This document shows positions 9,773 to 19,950 of a stretch of DNA of 64,000 bases, one piece after another. The DNA lies in the NCBI GenBank assembly GCA_963710375.1, contig CAVPZX010000008.1:192001-256000 (forward strand). The letters run 5' to 3'. Origin of the DNA: Nitrospirota bacterium (GTDB lineage Bacteria > Nitrospirota > Thermodesulfovibrionia > Thermodesulfovibrionales > Dissulfurispiraceae). How positions within the stretch are numbered: position 1 is the first letter of the stretch; each line of letters starts with the position of its first letter. The position numbers were made by a program, and so were the translations under genes. The notes beneath the pieces are model-generated. The model did not search any database. It had not been told where the DNA came from and saw nothing but the letters and a program-made list of their open reading frames with translations.

Positions 9773-11071
9773 TTATTCACTGCCCATATACTCCTCTTCG
9801 CGAATAGTATACTCCTTTATCTTATTTCTTACGGTCCTTACTGTCTTCCCAAGTAATTCAGCGGCTTTTGTCCTGTTGCCGCCCGTTTTCCTGAGCGTTT
9901 CAACTATCAGTTCCCGTTCCATGTCCTTAATTGTGCCGGTTTTGCCCTCACCACCAACTGCAGTATTTTTTGACGGCCCATCTGCCGGCGGCATTAATAC
10001 CTCAGCCGGAGATATAACGGCAGTCCTGTAAATAAAATTCTCCAGCTCGCGTGCATTGCCCTCCCAGGCAAGATCGCCAAGGTATGATTTAAGCTCATCG
10101 GACAGTGAAAAGTGTCTGCCCATCTTGGCTGCTAATTTTTTAAGAAAGAACTCGGCCAAAGGTATAATGTCATCCCGACGTTCCCTGAGAGGCAGCAGCT
10201 TCAAAGGAAAAACATTTAACCGGTAGTAAAGGTCCTCCCTGAAATGCCCGTTCTTCACCTCGGCAAGAAGGTCGCAATTAGTCGTAGCAATGACCCGCAC
10301 GTCAACGGGAATCGGCAACCGGCCGCCTATACGGTCTATCTCCCTTTCCTGGATGGCTCTTAACAGCTTCGCCTGGAGCGAATAATCCATTTCACTGATT
10401 TCGTCCAACAGCAGCGTTCCCTGGTTGGCAAGTTCAAACTTACCCATGCGCCGGTCTACAGCGCCGGTAAAAGCGCCTTTTTCGTGGCCAAACAATTCTG
10501 ACTCCAGGAGGTTTTCTGAAATAGCGGCGCAATTAATGGCAACAAATGCCTTATCGGCCCTGAGGCTGTTTTTATGTATAAACCTGGCCACGACCTCCTT
10601 ACCGGTTCCGCTGTCTCCTGACAGCAGCACAGTAATATCGCTCTTCGCTACCTCTTTTGCTACGGACAGCAGGTTCTTCATCTGATTTGACGTGGCTACG
10701 ACGTCGGTGTCCTCCGAAGGGATTATCCGCTCAATGACTCGCCTGAGCGAATCAAAAGAAAAAGGTTTCATGATATAATCAGTTGCGCCGAGTTTCATCG
10801 CGTCAACGGCATTCTCAACAGTGCCAAATCCGGTAATTACAATGACAGGCACAAAAATATTCCGCTTCCGTATTACCTGAAGAAACTCGATTCCGTTCAT
10901 CTTCGGCATCCTCATGTCCGTGATGATAAGCGAGAAATCCCTGATATTGCATGATGCAAGGACATCCACCGGGTTGTGATATACGACGGGATCAAAATCG
11001 CACCGTCTTAACGCTTCGCTGAGCACAAGCGCCATATCGACCTCATCATCAATTATCAAAACCGGTTTCAT
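9773..11071 (-). CDS. sigma54-dependent response regulator (FleR/FlrC/FlgR-like)
   Basis: REC (DD..D..K), AAA+ with GAFTGA, C-terminal Fis HTH; flagellar context. Confidence 0.9.
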   Translation of the reverse strand: MKPVLIIDDEVDMALVLSEALRRCDFDPVVYHNPVDVLASCNIRDFSLIITDMRMPKMNGIEFLQVIRKRNIFVPVIVITGFGTVENAVDAMKLGATDYIMKPFSFDSLRRVIERIIPSEDTDVVATSNQMKNLLSVAKEVAKSDITVLLSGDSGTGKEVVARFIHKNSLRADKAFVAINCAAISENLLESELFGHEKGAFTGAVDRRMGKFELANQGTLLLDEISEMDYSLQAKLLRAIQEREIDRIGGRLPIPVDVRVIATTNCDLLAEVKNGHFREDLYYRLNVFPLKLLPLRERRDDIIPLAEFFLKKLAAKMGRHFSLSDELKSYLGDLAWEGNARELENFIYRTAVISPAEVLMPPADGPSKNTAVGGEGKTGTIKDMERELIVETLRKTGGNRTKAAELLGKTVRTVRNKIKEYTIREEEYMGSE

Positions 11072-11081
11072 ATTATTCCGC

Positions 11082-12227
11082 TCATGTCTTTATTAACTCC
11101 GGCAGGGAAACCTTAAACTCTGTCCCTGCGCCCGGCCTGCTTGTGACCTCTATGCTTCCTTCATGGGCCGCTATTATACCCGAGGTTATCGATAATCCGA
11201 GACCGGTGCCCCTGTCTTTTGTCGAAAAGAATGGTTCAAATATCCTTGACTTTGTCTCATCGTCCATGCCGGGACCATTGTCACGGATCGAGATTTCGAT
11301 TGCAGAAGGTATCACCTCTGAATATCCTATTTCCACTGTAATGTTCCCTCCATCAGGCATTGCCTGTACCGAATTCAATAGGATGTTGATCAGCGCCTGC
11401 CTTAATAACCCTTTGTCTGCATTTACAGGATAATGTCCATGCTCTATAAATTCAAACCGAACATTGCTCCCTGAAAACAATTCCCTGAATTCCCTGCAAA
11501 TCTCATTAACAACATGGTTTAACAAGCACTCTTCGCGGTGCAATTTTATCTCTTTCGAAAATCTGAGCATGTTATCGAGAGTATTGACAAGCGTCTTTAC
11601 TGAGTTGGAGATCCTGTTTGCATAATCCCCCTGTGTCGTGCCTTTCAGGTCATTGGAGATCAGGTTAGCAAACAGCTCGATGCTACCGAGCGGGTTCCTG
11701 ATCTCGTGAGCAATTTTCAGCACAAGCTCGCCCATGGCGCTCAGCCTGGCGTTCCTCTCGTTTTCAGCCTCGAGCTGCCTCAATCTGGTAATATCCTTGA
11801 ATATGAGCACATGGCCAATTTTTTTTTCTCCGGAATCATTCACAGGTGAATTTGATACAAGGGCATAAAAAGGTTTACCTTTTTCAGGCAGAATCCTTAG
11901 CATTCTTGCCCGACGATCTGGCCGTTTTGCACCAGCGTCATCACCGATCTCGGCGCGGAGCGAGCGGCCTCCTATGATTTTATCGGATTTGACCGAAAGC
12001 AGCCGTTCAACGGCACTATTTATCAAACGTATAATTCCCTGCTTGTCAAAAAATACAACACCTACATCAATGCTATCCAAAATACTGTTGAGCAGACGTT
12101 TTTTGTGCTCTACCTCTTCAGTCAGCAGTTCAACCTTGTCCTCAAGCGTTTTATAATAGAGTGTCAGCGTCGCAGAGGCAGAATTAAAGCTTTCGATCGC
12201 TTTGTTAAGCAGTTCTATATCAGCCAT
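11082..12227 (-). CDS. Cytoplasmic PAS sensor histidine kinase (FleS/FlrB/FlgS-like)
   Basis: IAHEIRNPLGSIEL H-box; N, G1, F, G2 boxes; no TM helix. Confidence 0.88.
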   Translation of the reverse strand: MADIELLNKAIESFNSASATLTLYYKTLEDKVELLTEEVEHKKRLLNSILDSIDVGVVFFDKQGIIRLINSAVERLLSVKSDKIIGGRSLRAEIGDDAGAKRPDRRARMLRILPEKGKPFYALVSNSPVNDSGEKKIGHVLIFKDITRLRQLEAENERNARLSAMGELVLKIAHEIRNPLGSIELFANLISNDLKGTTQGDYANRISNSVKTLVNTLDNMLRFSKEIKLHREECLLNHVVNEICREFRELFSGSNVRFEFIEHGHYPVNADKGLLRQALINILLNSVQAMPDGGNITVEIGYSEVIPSAIEISIRDNGPGMDDETKSRIFEPFFSTKDRGTGLGLSITSGIIAAHEGSIEVTSRPGAGTEFKVSLPELIKT

Positions 12228-12241
12228 AACCCATTCATCCT

Positions 12242-13909
12242 TTACCTTTCAATTAGCAGTCCGGCAGCTTTCCCTACTATGCCGCCGCTCTGCGCAGCCT
12301 TTTTCAAATACTCTTTATTGCCGGTCATTTTGCCGTACTGGTAGTATGCCCACTGGAGATTCTTTTGATCCGAAAGGCCCAAACTCAACGCCCGCTTATA
12401 ATACGCCCGGGATTGGGATGCGTTTCCGCTAAGGTAAAGCAGATCACCGGCCTTCAGTGCAGCAATTGCACCCCCCATGTCAGAGGCGGTCTTATAATAT
12501 TTTAATGCCGTGGTCCTGTCTCCGGTCTCTATATATAGATCGGCAATCTTGCTATCGATCCTGCTGTCTTTTGAATATTTGGTCGCCTTTTCAAGACAGG
12601 TGATAGCCCCTGCCGGATCTCCCTCCCTGCTCAATATATCAGACATGAGAAATGTTGCCTGGGTGAAGTATCTGTTTTCGAGCAAAAGAGGTTCGACAAG
12701 TTTTTTGGCCTCGCTGTATTTCCGGTCATTGAAAAGCACTTCAGCCATTGCAAGAGCAGCATCGCCTCTTTCTACACCATTCAGTGCCCTTCTGAGCAGC
12801 ATGGTGCCTTCTAATTTCTTTCCGCTGTCGATCATGTATCGCGCAGCCGTAACAATAAACGGGCTATCCGAGCTGATCGCAACGGAAAATTTGCTCAGGT
12901 ATGCCAAAGCTTTGGGATTCCTTGCAGCCATAAGCTTCTTGAGATGCTTTTCCATTTCTGCGGACCTGATGACCCTGTCCTTAACCAGGCTCAAATATCT
13001 TAGGGCATTTCCAGTCTCTCCTTTTATATCATAAAGCTTAGCTATGGACATCTTTATGTTGTCAGCCGGATCATAAGGGACAATTTCGAGATACAATGCC
13101 AGAGCCTCATCCACCCTTCCCTTCCCCTCGTACAATCTTGCAAGGATTTTCTGGGCCTTCTGTAGTTCAAGCTTCGATGCAGGGTCTGCGATTATGGACT
13201 TGCAGAGTTTCTCCGTATCGTTGTACATGGACGCATTAAAAAAAATTAATGCCTTTTCCGCCCTCAAGTCCTCTTCTTTTAATGTAGCATTTAAAACTTT
13301 GCTGATTATGTTTACCGCCTCTTTATGTATGCCTTTCTTACTCAAGATGGCAGCCCTTACATAGAGTGCCCGTGGATTATATTCCAGATCTTTCTTGTCT
13401 ACAGCACCAATGATTGTTTCTGCAGCCGCCACGTTATCGCTCCTGAGAGCAACCTCAGCCCTTCCTATATCGCCCAACGGTTTTAAAGGACCACTTACCC
13501 TCTCAAAATAACGCTCAGCCTGATCCATTTTGTGATCATTCATTAAAATATAACCGAGGAGAAGAAATGCGTCGTTCACATAAACCGACTGCGGGTAGGC
13601 CAACAAGAAGCGATCAGCATTCATGTGAGCCATATTATAGCGTTTTAGTTTGTAATCACTTTTGGCCATCCCGAATAATGCACGCTCCGCAACCGGACCC
13701 TTCTTGTTGTTAATAAAGACCTCGCGATAAATCTCATCTGCTGCGCCGTAATTTCTTTGCCTATACAAATTGTCTGCTGATTTCAGCTGGTCTTCATTAG
13801 CACAAACCGGACACGTGCATATAGCAACCAGCACTATCACTACAGACAAAATACATAATGCTTTTTTTAAATCCAACCTTCTGCTCCTCACCTGTTTTCC
13901 ACTCTTCAC
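12242..13909 (-). CDS. Exported TPR-repeat protein
   Basis: N-terminal signal/TM segment followed by multiple TPR-like helical repeats. Confidence 0.75.
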   Translation of the reverse strand: MKSGKQVRSRRLDLKKALCILSVVIVLVAICTCPVCANEDQLKSADNLYRQRNYGAADEIYREVFINNKKGPVAERALFGMAKSDYKLKRYNMAHMNADRFLLAYPQSVYVNDAFLLLGYILMNDHKMDQAERYFERVSGPLKPLGDIGRAEVALRSDNVAAAETIIGAVDKKDLEYNPRALYVRAAILSKKGIHKEAVNIISKVLNATLKEEDLRAEKALIFFNASMYNDTEKLCKSIIADPASKLELQKAQKILARLYEGKGRVDEALALYLEIVPYDPADNIKMSIAKLYDIKGETGNALRYLSLVKDRVIRSAEMEKHLKKLMAARNPKALAYLSKFSVAISSDSPFIVTAARYMIDSGKKLEGTMLLRRALNGVERGDAALAMAEVLFNDRKYSEAKKLVEPLLLENRYFTQATFLMSDILSREGDPAGAITCLEKATKYSKDSRIDSKIADLYIETGDRTTALKYYKTASDMGGAIAALKAGDLLYLSGNASQSRAYYKRALSLGLSDQKNLQWAYYQYGKMTGNKEYLKKAAQSGGIVGKAAGLLIER

Positions 13910-14032
13910 TTTTTAACTTTTCATGCCTTACTCATATAAATGCAGAACAACCCATTCTTTGAATGAAAAAAATATGCCAGCCCCTTGAGGGGCTAATGAC
14001 AATCCTGATTACCTGAGATCAGGCATTATCAA

Positions 14033-14088
14033 GTCAATTATATGACATATTTATTTTCTTTCATTTTCAAAAGTGTTATTTTTATGAC
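14033..14088. promoter_or_regulatory. Pair of GTCA-N6-TGAC palindromes (candidate FleQ-type boxes)
   Basis: GTCAATTATATGAC (14033-14046) and GTTATTTTTATGAC (14075-14088). Confidence 0.55.
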
Positions 14089-14119
14089 ATCTAATAAAGG
14101 ATTGGCCATGGCCCGTTAT

Positions 14120-15115
14120 TTACAAATCCAACCGCTTCATTTTCTCGATTAATGTTGTGCGATTGATATTAAGATATTTTGCAGCCTGACTCTTAACACC
14201 GTTATGAAGCTCCAGAGCATGAAGAATAAGTCTTTTTTCGTAACCCTCAAGCGCCGCATTAAGGTCAAGACCGCTGACAAAGGGGTTGTTATCATCATCC
14301 TCGATATGAGGCAATTCGGGTATTCGCTTTCCGGTCATCCTTTCAGGCAAATCGGATGGTGTCACAATATCATTGTCTTTCAACACAAGAAGCCGCTCTA
14401 TTGCATTTTCAAGTTCTCTAACATTGCCCGGCCACGAGTAGCCGGCCAAAACCTTCGCAGCTTCGCTAGTAACATTTATCGGGTTTCTTCCAAATTTTTT
14501 AGAGTATTTTTCTATAAAAAAACCACAAAGGAGAGGGATATCATCCACCCGATCCCGCAGAGGAGGAATTTCAATTGGAATAACATTAAGACGATAAAAC
14601 AGGTCTTCCCTGAAACGTCCTTCTTTAACAGCAGCCTCAAGGTTTTGATTGGTCGCGGCGATTATCCTGACGTCAACACTGATGGTCCTGGTGCCGCCTA
14701 CCCGCTCAAAAGAACGTTCCTGAAGCACCCTTAGAAGTTTCACTTGCAGCATCTGCGGCATCTCCCCGACTTCGTCGAGAAGTATTGTTCCCCCGTCGGC
14801 AAGCTCGAATCTTCCGATCCTCGTCGCAATTGCCCCTGTAAATGCGCCCTTCTCATGGCCGAACAATTCAGACTCAAGCAGATCGGTAGGAATGGCCCCG
14901 CAATTTACAGGGATAAACGGCCTGTCAGCCCTGTCGCTGTGAAAGTGGATTGATTTGGCAACAAGTTCCTTGCCGGTGCCGCTCTCTCCTGACATAAGGA
15001 CAGTACTTTGACAACAGGCCACTTTGGCCATCAATTCATAAATACGCTTAACAGCTGGAGAATTACCTATAATCTGGACAGTATTGACAATTTCTAAGGG
15101 CTTGCCATTTCCCAT
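14120..15115 (-). CDS. sigma54-dependent enhancer-binding protein without N-terminal sensory domain (FleQ/FlrA-like)
   Basis: GESGTGKE, GAFTGA, WPGNVREL, C-terminal NRTTLIEKMKR HTH; starts almost directly at the AAA+ domain. Confidence 0.85.
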   Translation of the reverse strand: MGNGKPLEIVNTVQIIGNSPAVKRIYELMAKVACCQSTVLMSGESGTGKELVAKSIHFHSDRADRPFIPVNCGAIPTDLLESELFGHEKGAFTGAIATRIGRFELADGGTILLDEVGEMPQMLQVKLLRVLQERSFERVGGTRTISVDVRIIAATNQNLEAAVKEGRFREDLFYRLNVIPIEIPPLRDRVDDIPLLCGFFIEKYSKKFGRNPINVTSEAAKVLAGYSWPGNVRELENAIERLLVLKDNDIVTPSDLPERMTGKRIPELPHIEDDDNNPFVSGLDLNAALEGYEKRLILHALELHNGVKSQAAKYLNINRTTLIEKMKRLDL

Positions 15116-15129
15116 GTCATAAATATGAC
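15116..15129. promoter_or_regulatory. GTCA-N6-TGAC palindrome abutting the activator start (candidate autoregulatory box)
   Basis: GTCATAAATATGAC. Confidence 0.5.
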
Positions 15130-15167
15130 ATAAGAAATAGTAAAAGGTCAATAAGATTGAACAATAC

Positions 15168-15362
15168 TAACCCACATTATTAATAAATTTATACAAGGAG
15201 CAGGCGGGACATGGTGCTGAGCGGACTTTGACAGCCTAAGTGACACCAAGGATGGTGACACAGGCTGTCATAGCCTCGGAGCAAGGCTGGACGCCTCGCG
15301 AGAATGAGTGAAGCACTGTGGCCTGACTGCTCCTTGTATAAATTTATTAATAATGTGGGTTA
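15168..15362. mobile_element. MITE-like fold-back element (195 bp) with 36-bp perfect terminal inverted repeats
   Basis: taacccacattattaataaatttatacaaggagcag ... ctgctccttgtataaatttattaataatgtgggtta; internal hairpin gacagcct..aggctgtc; TA at both ends. Confidence 0.7.
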
Positions 15363-17990
15363 TAGCTCATAAATACCCTCTAAGAAATTCTTTGCGTAAC
15401 GCTCAACTTTAGCGTCGTCATGCAATACCGCATCGAGTTGCCTTGTATAAGCAATCAGCCTGCCTAAGTTATCGAGCATCTTCTCCATGTCGTCGCGTAT
15501 TATATTCGCAATCCGCCCGATAATAAGATCTCCCTTTGTTTTCGTATTGAACCCGTATTCTTTTAAAATAATCGCGATCAACTCTATCCTCCTCGATCGT
15601 TTTACCATTTCGGTAGCGCCGCCGGTAAAACGGAAGTAGATGTGGTTGTTCCTCGCAGTTTCACTGCAATAACAATCGATCATGTTAAAGTGATAGCCGA
15701 ACTTGAGGCTCAGATTGAGGTATTCATGCGAAATAACTGCAACGTTGTTGGCCGCATAACTGTCGTTGCCGGAAACGATATCAGGCATTCGCATCATGCT
15801 CGTGAGAAAATCATTCACCCTTAATGATACAGGTCCGGAATGCCATGCCCCGGGATGCATCATACCATGAAGAACAGCCCTGAGAGGAATGGAAACAACT
15901 TGTTCGAAACTAACGCTGTCGCTCCCCGCCCTGCGATTCATAGTGTTGTCCAGACCGCCTCCTATATCCACCACGATAATTCCCGCAGGTATCGGCAGGT
16001 CCAACTTCATGGCCGCTTGTCCCTTTAGTCCGTTCATTGCATTGTCGATAAGCTCCATGACAGATTTCTCATGTATAAACCTAAGGATATCGTGCATGGT
16101 CTTGCACCCTTCAGGACTAAATCTTTCCAGCAGGGGGTCCACGAGGTTGAGAGGAGAAATATATCTCAGCACATATCTCTTTTTGCGGTACTCGTAGATA
16201 TCCTCCATCGCAGCCTGGCCGGAACGCGCGTGTTCAAGCACCTCTCTGAGTATCCCGTCATATACAATCAACATATCCTCATCGTCTACAGTCACAGTAA
16301 TCTCCTGCCCTTGCTTGAGAATCTGCGTTGATGAGCCTGCGTTGACAAACGCAGGCACCTTGAATTCCCTGCATAGAGAAGCCATATGACTTGTAAGCGA
16401 CCCGGTATCGGTAATAATTGCAGAAGCATAGGGCATAACCCGTATGAAATCAGACGAGTCATTCCTGGCTACAAGGACATCCCCCCTGGAAAATTCCTGA
16501 AGCCCGTCTGCATTCTTGAAAATGAAAACCCTGCCGGCGCCCACACCCTTTTGCACAACATTACCCCTGGCTTTCATCAGGATATTTGTCCCGTCATGAG
16601 AAAATGAGAGTTTAGAGCTTTCCTTATCGCCGGCTGCAATCTTCAACGGTCTCGCCTGAAGTATGAATATTTTTCCGTCCCTGTCTATGGCCCATTCAAT
16701 ATCCTGAGGCTGACGGAAGTAATTTTCAATGAGCATCGCCTGTCTTGCAAGCCCCAGCGCCTGTTCTTCCTGCAGTGAACTCTGACCTGTACTTGCCGCA
16801 GAAGCCTGTACCTGAGTCACACCACAGTCTTCGCGGCATACTATCATAGAACGCTTTTCCCCGATCCTTTTAGTTATTATTACAGGCGACGTACCCTTTC
16901 TGATCAAATAAAAATCTGCATCTGTCTGACCTTCAACTACCGAAGTGCCCAGTCCCCATGTCGAATTTATGATCATAGTGTCTGAATCTCCGCCCGGATT
17001 TGTCGAATAGATGACGCCGCTGACGGCTGCATCGACCATAAGCAGACAGCCGACCGCCATTTTTATGCTTCCGATAGCTACCCCAAGTTGCTGATGATAA
17101 GCTGTTGACTTGTCCGAAAACAGACTGGCAACCACCCGCTTGTACGCCTCCTGTACCGCCCTGTTCTCCAACGGTACATTCAGGACAGTATCAAACTGTC
17201 CCGCGAAAGAAAATTCCCTGTCCTCTGCCTGGGCGCTGCTCCGAACAGCGAGAAAGCATTTATCTCCATATTTCTCCCTGAAGGTCGATATGGCTTTGTC
17301 GAGAGCATGTTCAATACCGGAAGGGATATTTCCGTTCATGATCGAAGTATATATTTTGTTCAACGCCTCTTTTGGATAAATATCATTTCCTTCCAGCGCT
17401 GAAATCATTTCATTGATTTTATTATGACGAATAAATTCATCGTATGCGAACACAGTAACAGCAAATGCGTCAGGAATGTCCAGAGCAACGTTATTTTTCA
17501 ATTCAGCAAGATTGGCGTTTTTTCCGCCTACCTCATGCGCCATGCTCCATGTAAGCGCGCTATAAGGCAGCACATATTCCCTTTGATAAAAATAGGAATA
17601 GCGGCCATCCAATGTACTATCATTTCTTTTTGTTTCGATTAAATGGGCGCTGTCCCCGTTTTTATAAACAAGCAGTCTGACTTCTCTATCGATGCGGCCA
17701 AATACATCTTTGAGGCGAGGATATTTATTCTTTGTGAGGACATCGAAGCTTGCCAGAGACTCTGTTAGCGTATCGTACAATCCGGCATAGGCGCTCCTGA
17801 TATAAGAAATATCAAATATATAGTCACCGCCAAGTTTGTCGCCCATATCAGCGATGATCTCAACGGCCTTGTTATGACTTTCAAGCACCTGCCTAAACCG
17901 GGTGAACATTTCCTTAAAGGTCACATGGCCCGCGGTGAATGTGTCCCTGATAATTTTCTTACCTAATGCTATGATCTTATTGAAAGGCAT
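15360..17990 (-). CDS. PEP synthase/pyruvate phosphate dikinase-family protein (ATP-grasp plus phospho-His domain, non-canonical C-terminus)
   Basis: VGGKNANL, AVRSSA, SFAGQFDT, QDIEWA, ILQARP, TGSLTSHMASLCRE; C-terminal about 280 aa not recognisable as the PpsA pyruvate-binding barrel. Confidence 0.85.
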   Translation of the reverse strand: MPFNKIIALGKKIIRDTFTAGHVTFKEMFTRFRQVLESHNKAVEIIADMGDKLGGDYIFDISYIRSAYAGLYDTLTESLASFDVLTKNKYPRLKDVFGRIDREVRLLVYKNGDSAHLIETKRNDSTLDGRYSYFYQREYVLPYSALTWSMAHEVGGKNANLAELKNNVALDIPDAFAVTVFAYDEFIRHNKINEMISALEGNDIYPKEALNKIYTSIMNGNIPSGIEHALDKAISTFREKYGDKCFLAVRSSAQAEDREFSFAGQFDTVLNVPLENRAVQEAYKRVVASLFSDKSTAYHQQLGVAIGSIKMAVGCLLMVDAAVSGVIYSTNPGGDSDTMIINSTWGLGTSVVEGQTDADFYLIRKGTSPVIITKRIGEKRSMIVCREDCGVTQVQASAASTGQSSLQEEQALGLARQAMLIENYFRQPQDIEWAIDRDGKIFILQARPLKIAAGDKESSKLSFSHDGTNILMKARGNVVQKGVGAGRVFIFKNADGLQEFSRGDVLVARNDSSDFIRVMPYASAIITDTGSLTSHMASLCREFKVPAFVNAGSSTQILKQGQEITVTVDDEDMLIVYDGILREVLEHARSGQAAMEDIYEYRKKRYVLRYISPLNLVDPLLERFSPEGCKTMHDILRFIHEKSVMELIDNAMNGLKGQAAMKLDLPIPAGIIVVDIGGGLDNTMNRRAGSDSVSFEQVVSIPLRAVLHGMMHPGAWHSGPVSLRVNDFLTSMMRMPDIVSGNDSYAANNVAVISHEYLNLSLKFGYHFNMIDCYCSETARNNHIYFRFTGGATEMVKRSRRIELIAIILKEYGFNTKTKGDLIIGRIANIIRDDMEKMLDNLGRLIAYTRQLDAVLHDDAKVERYAKNFLEGIYEL

Positions 17991-18075
17991 AATTATGTTA
18001 ATTATGAATTAAAAATTAGGAATTACGAATGAATGTTTCTTCCATGATCCGCAATTCACAATTCATTATTCACTA
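17991..18075. repeat. Inverted heptamer microsatellite hairpin
   Basis: aattatg/aattaaa/aattagg/aattacg ... caattca/caattca/ttattca. Confidence 0.55.
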
Positions 18076-18438
18076 TTAACTTAGCGCGCGTTGTATGGAT
18101 GCTTTAAGCTCCTTTATTTTGACCGGCTTGGGGAAAAAGTCATGGACATCTCCCCTCAACGCCTCTATCGCGGTATCGAGGTTGGCAAATGCCGTAATCA
18201 TGATTACCTTAACACCGGGGTAAAGCTGTTTTACCGTTCTCAGGATCTCCATGCCGTCTACCCCCTTCATTTTAAGGTCCGTAACCACTACGTCAAACTT
18301 TTGCTCAACCAGGCGCGCAAGCGCGGCCTCGCCGTTTAAAAAAGTCTCGACTGCATAGCCTTCCTGTTCCAGAGACATCTTCGCCATGTCGCCCACAATT
18401 TTTTCATCATCAACAATCATGATCCTGTAGTTGTTCAT
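18076..18438 (-). CDS. Single-domain response regulator (receiver only)
   Basis: 120 aa; IVDDE..TDLKM..ITAF..KP. Confidence 0.92.
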   Translation of the reverse strand: MNNYRIMIVDDEKIVGDMAKMSLEQEGYAVETFLNGEAALARLVEQKFDVVVTDLKMKGVDGMEILRTVKQLYPGVKVIMITAFANLDTAIEALRGDVHDFFPKPVKIKELKASIQRALS

Positions 18439-18456
18439 TTAGTCCTCCCTAAAAAA

Positions 18457-18557
18457 GTTAAGGTTAAGGTTAAGGTTGAGGTTAAGGAAGATAAGAACAA
18501 AACGATGATTTTTTTTGTCTTTAACTTTTTCTTAACCTTAACCTCAACCTCAACCTG
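18457..18557. repeat. (GGTTAA)n...(TTAACC)n inverted hexamer element, copy 1
   Basis: gttaaggttaaggttaaggttgaggttaagg ... cttaaccttaacctcaacctcaacctg; overlaps the kinase stop codon. Confidence 0.85.
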
Positions 18558-19950
18558 TTTTTTTATAGACCGGCAATTCTACAGTAAAGGTGGTACCGAC
18601 ACCTACCATGCTTTCCACCCTGATATCTCCTTTGTGCTTCTTGATAATTCCGTAGCTGACCGACAGCCCGAGCCCTGTCCCCCCCTCTCCCTTGGTGCTG
18701 AAGAACGGGTCGAATATGTGAGGCAGGAATTCGCGAGGTATTCCCTTTCCTGTATCCATGACCTTGATCTCCACAGAATCCCCGCCGCTCCCAAGCCTGG
18801 TTCCCAAAAAGAGCGTCTTGCCGGCCTCCATTGATTGTACCGCATTGGTGATAAGATTCACCATGACCTGCAGTATCTGGTACTCATCGATTAAGACATC
18901 TGGGAGATCCGGGACGAAGTCCAACTTAGTTTTGATATTGGAGATGTCGAGCATGTTTTGCATAATCTTGAGAGTCTTATGCATTACCGCATTGATGTCG
19001 GTCTCTTTCAGGTGGGCCTCTTTTGGTTTTGAGAAGTCAATCAAGTTTTTTATAATTTCCTTTATCCTCTCTGTCTCCTTCTCGACCTTATCCATGAATT
19101 CAATTCTCTGGTCCTTGTCCAGCTTATCATACATTTCAGCATAGGTCTGCGCCATCATTGAAATGTTATTCAGGGGGTTTGTCAATTCATGTGCCACGCC
19201 GGCAGTGAGTATTCCAAGGGACGCAAGCTTTTTGGACTGGATAAGGTCCTCTTCACGGTTCCTCAGTTCCTCGGACATTGAATTGATAGCTGCCATGACC
19301 GAACCGAATTCATCATCCGGAATTGCGCCCTCGATTCTCTTGAAATTGCCCTTGGATATCGATTTTGCAAGCTTCTCTATCTCCCTCAACGATAGCAGAA
19401 TCTTCTGAGAAATAAAATGGCTCACAAAAACAGCGCATATGAGAATCACCCAGAATGAGTAGAAAAGTATGAGCTTCGAGCGTGATATAATGTCATTTTC
19501 CGCTTTCCTCTCAAGACGGGTGATGGTATCTGAAAATTCACGCAGCATTTTACCTTCCGCACTTAACTTTGAGTTAAGGACGGGATCACTGTGAGAATTA
19601 TGCTTCACTTCATTCACGATATCGGAGTAATGATTCAAATGTGATTTAAGCAATACAAAGTTGTTCTCTCCAACACCACGGATAATGTCCCTGCTTGCGC
19701 TATCCAGCGATTGCTGGGCCTTCTCTATCTTCTCCTGGATATCGGAAAGAAAGTCCTGCTTATGGAAAATGAAATAGTTTTTCTCTGTAAGCCGCATTTC
19801 GAGAAAAGTAGCGTTCAGGTCATCCGCTATCTCAACAAATCTCAGCTTTGTCTGCATTTGATTGAGATTCTGCATTGCAAAAAAACCTATCAGCAATATC
19901 AGCCCGATATTGACTACATTGGAAAGTATAATTTTACTTTCTATCTTCAT
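18550..19950 (-). CDS. Membrane sensor histidine kinase (2 TM, extracytoplasmic helical sensor, HAMP, HisKA, HATPase)
   Basis: GVAHELTNPLNNI, FDPFFSTK, GTGLGL; ATG at 19950 overlaps the upstream TGA (ATGA). Confidence 0.92.
   Translation of the reverse strand: MKIESKIILSNVVNIGLILLIGFFAMQNLNQMQTKLRFVEIADDLNATFLEMRLTEKNYFIFHKQDFLSDIQEKIEKAQQSLDSASRDIIRGVGENNFVLLKSHLNHYSDIVNEVKHNSHSDPVLNSKLSAEGKMLREFSDTITRLERKAENDIISRSKLILFYSFWVILICAVFVSHFISQKILLSLREIEKLAKSISKGNFKRIEGAIPDDEFGSVMAAINSMSEELRNREEDLIQSKKLASLGILTAGVAHELTNPLNNISMMAQTYAEMYDKLDKDQRIEFMDKVEKETERIKEIIKNLIDFSKPKEAHLKETDINAVMHKTLKIMQNMLDISNIKTKLDFVPDLPDVLIDEYQILQVMVNLITNAVQSMEAGKTLFLGTRLGSGGDSVEIKVMDTGKGIPREFLPHIFDPFFSTKGEGGTGLGLSVSYGIIKKHKGDIRVESMVGVGTTFTVELPVYKKTG

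Noticed and set aside
13964..13980. sigma54 promoter CTGGCATATTTTTTTCA upstream of the TPR gene
   Set aside because: Good -24 element but the -12 reads TC instead of GC; plausible given nearby boxes but too weak to call
18457..18557. Telomere-like repeat or eukaryotic contamination
   Set aside because: The unit is TTAAGG, not TTAGGG; arrays are short, inverted and embedded between ordinary bacterial genes
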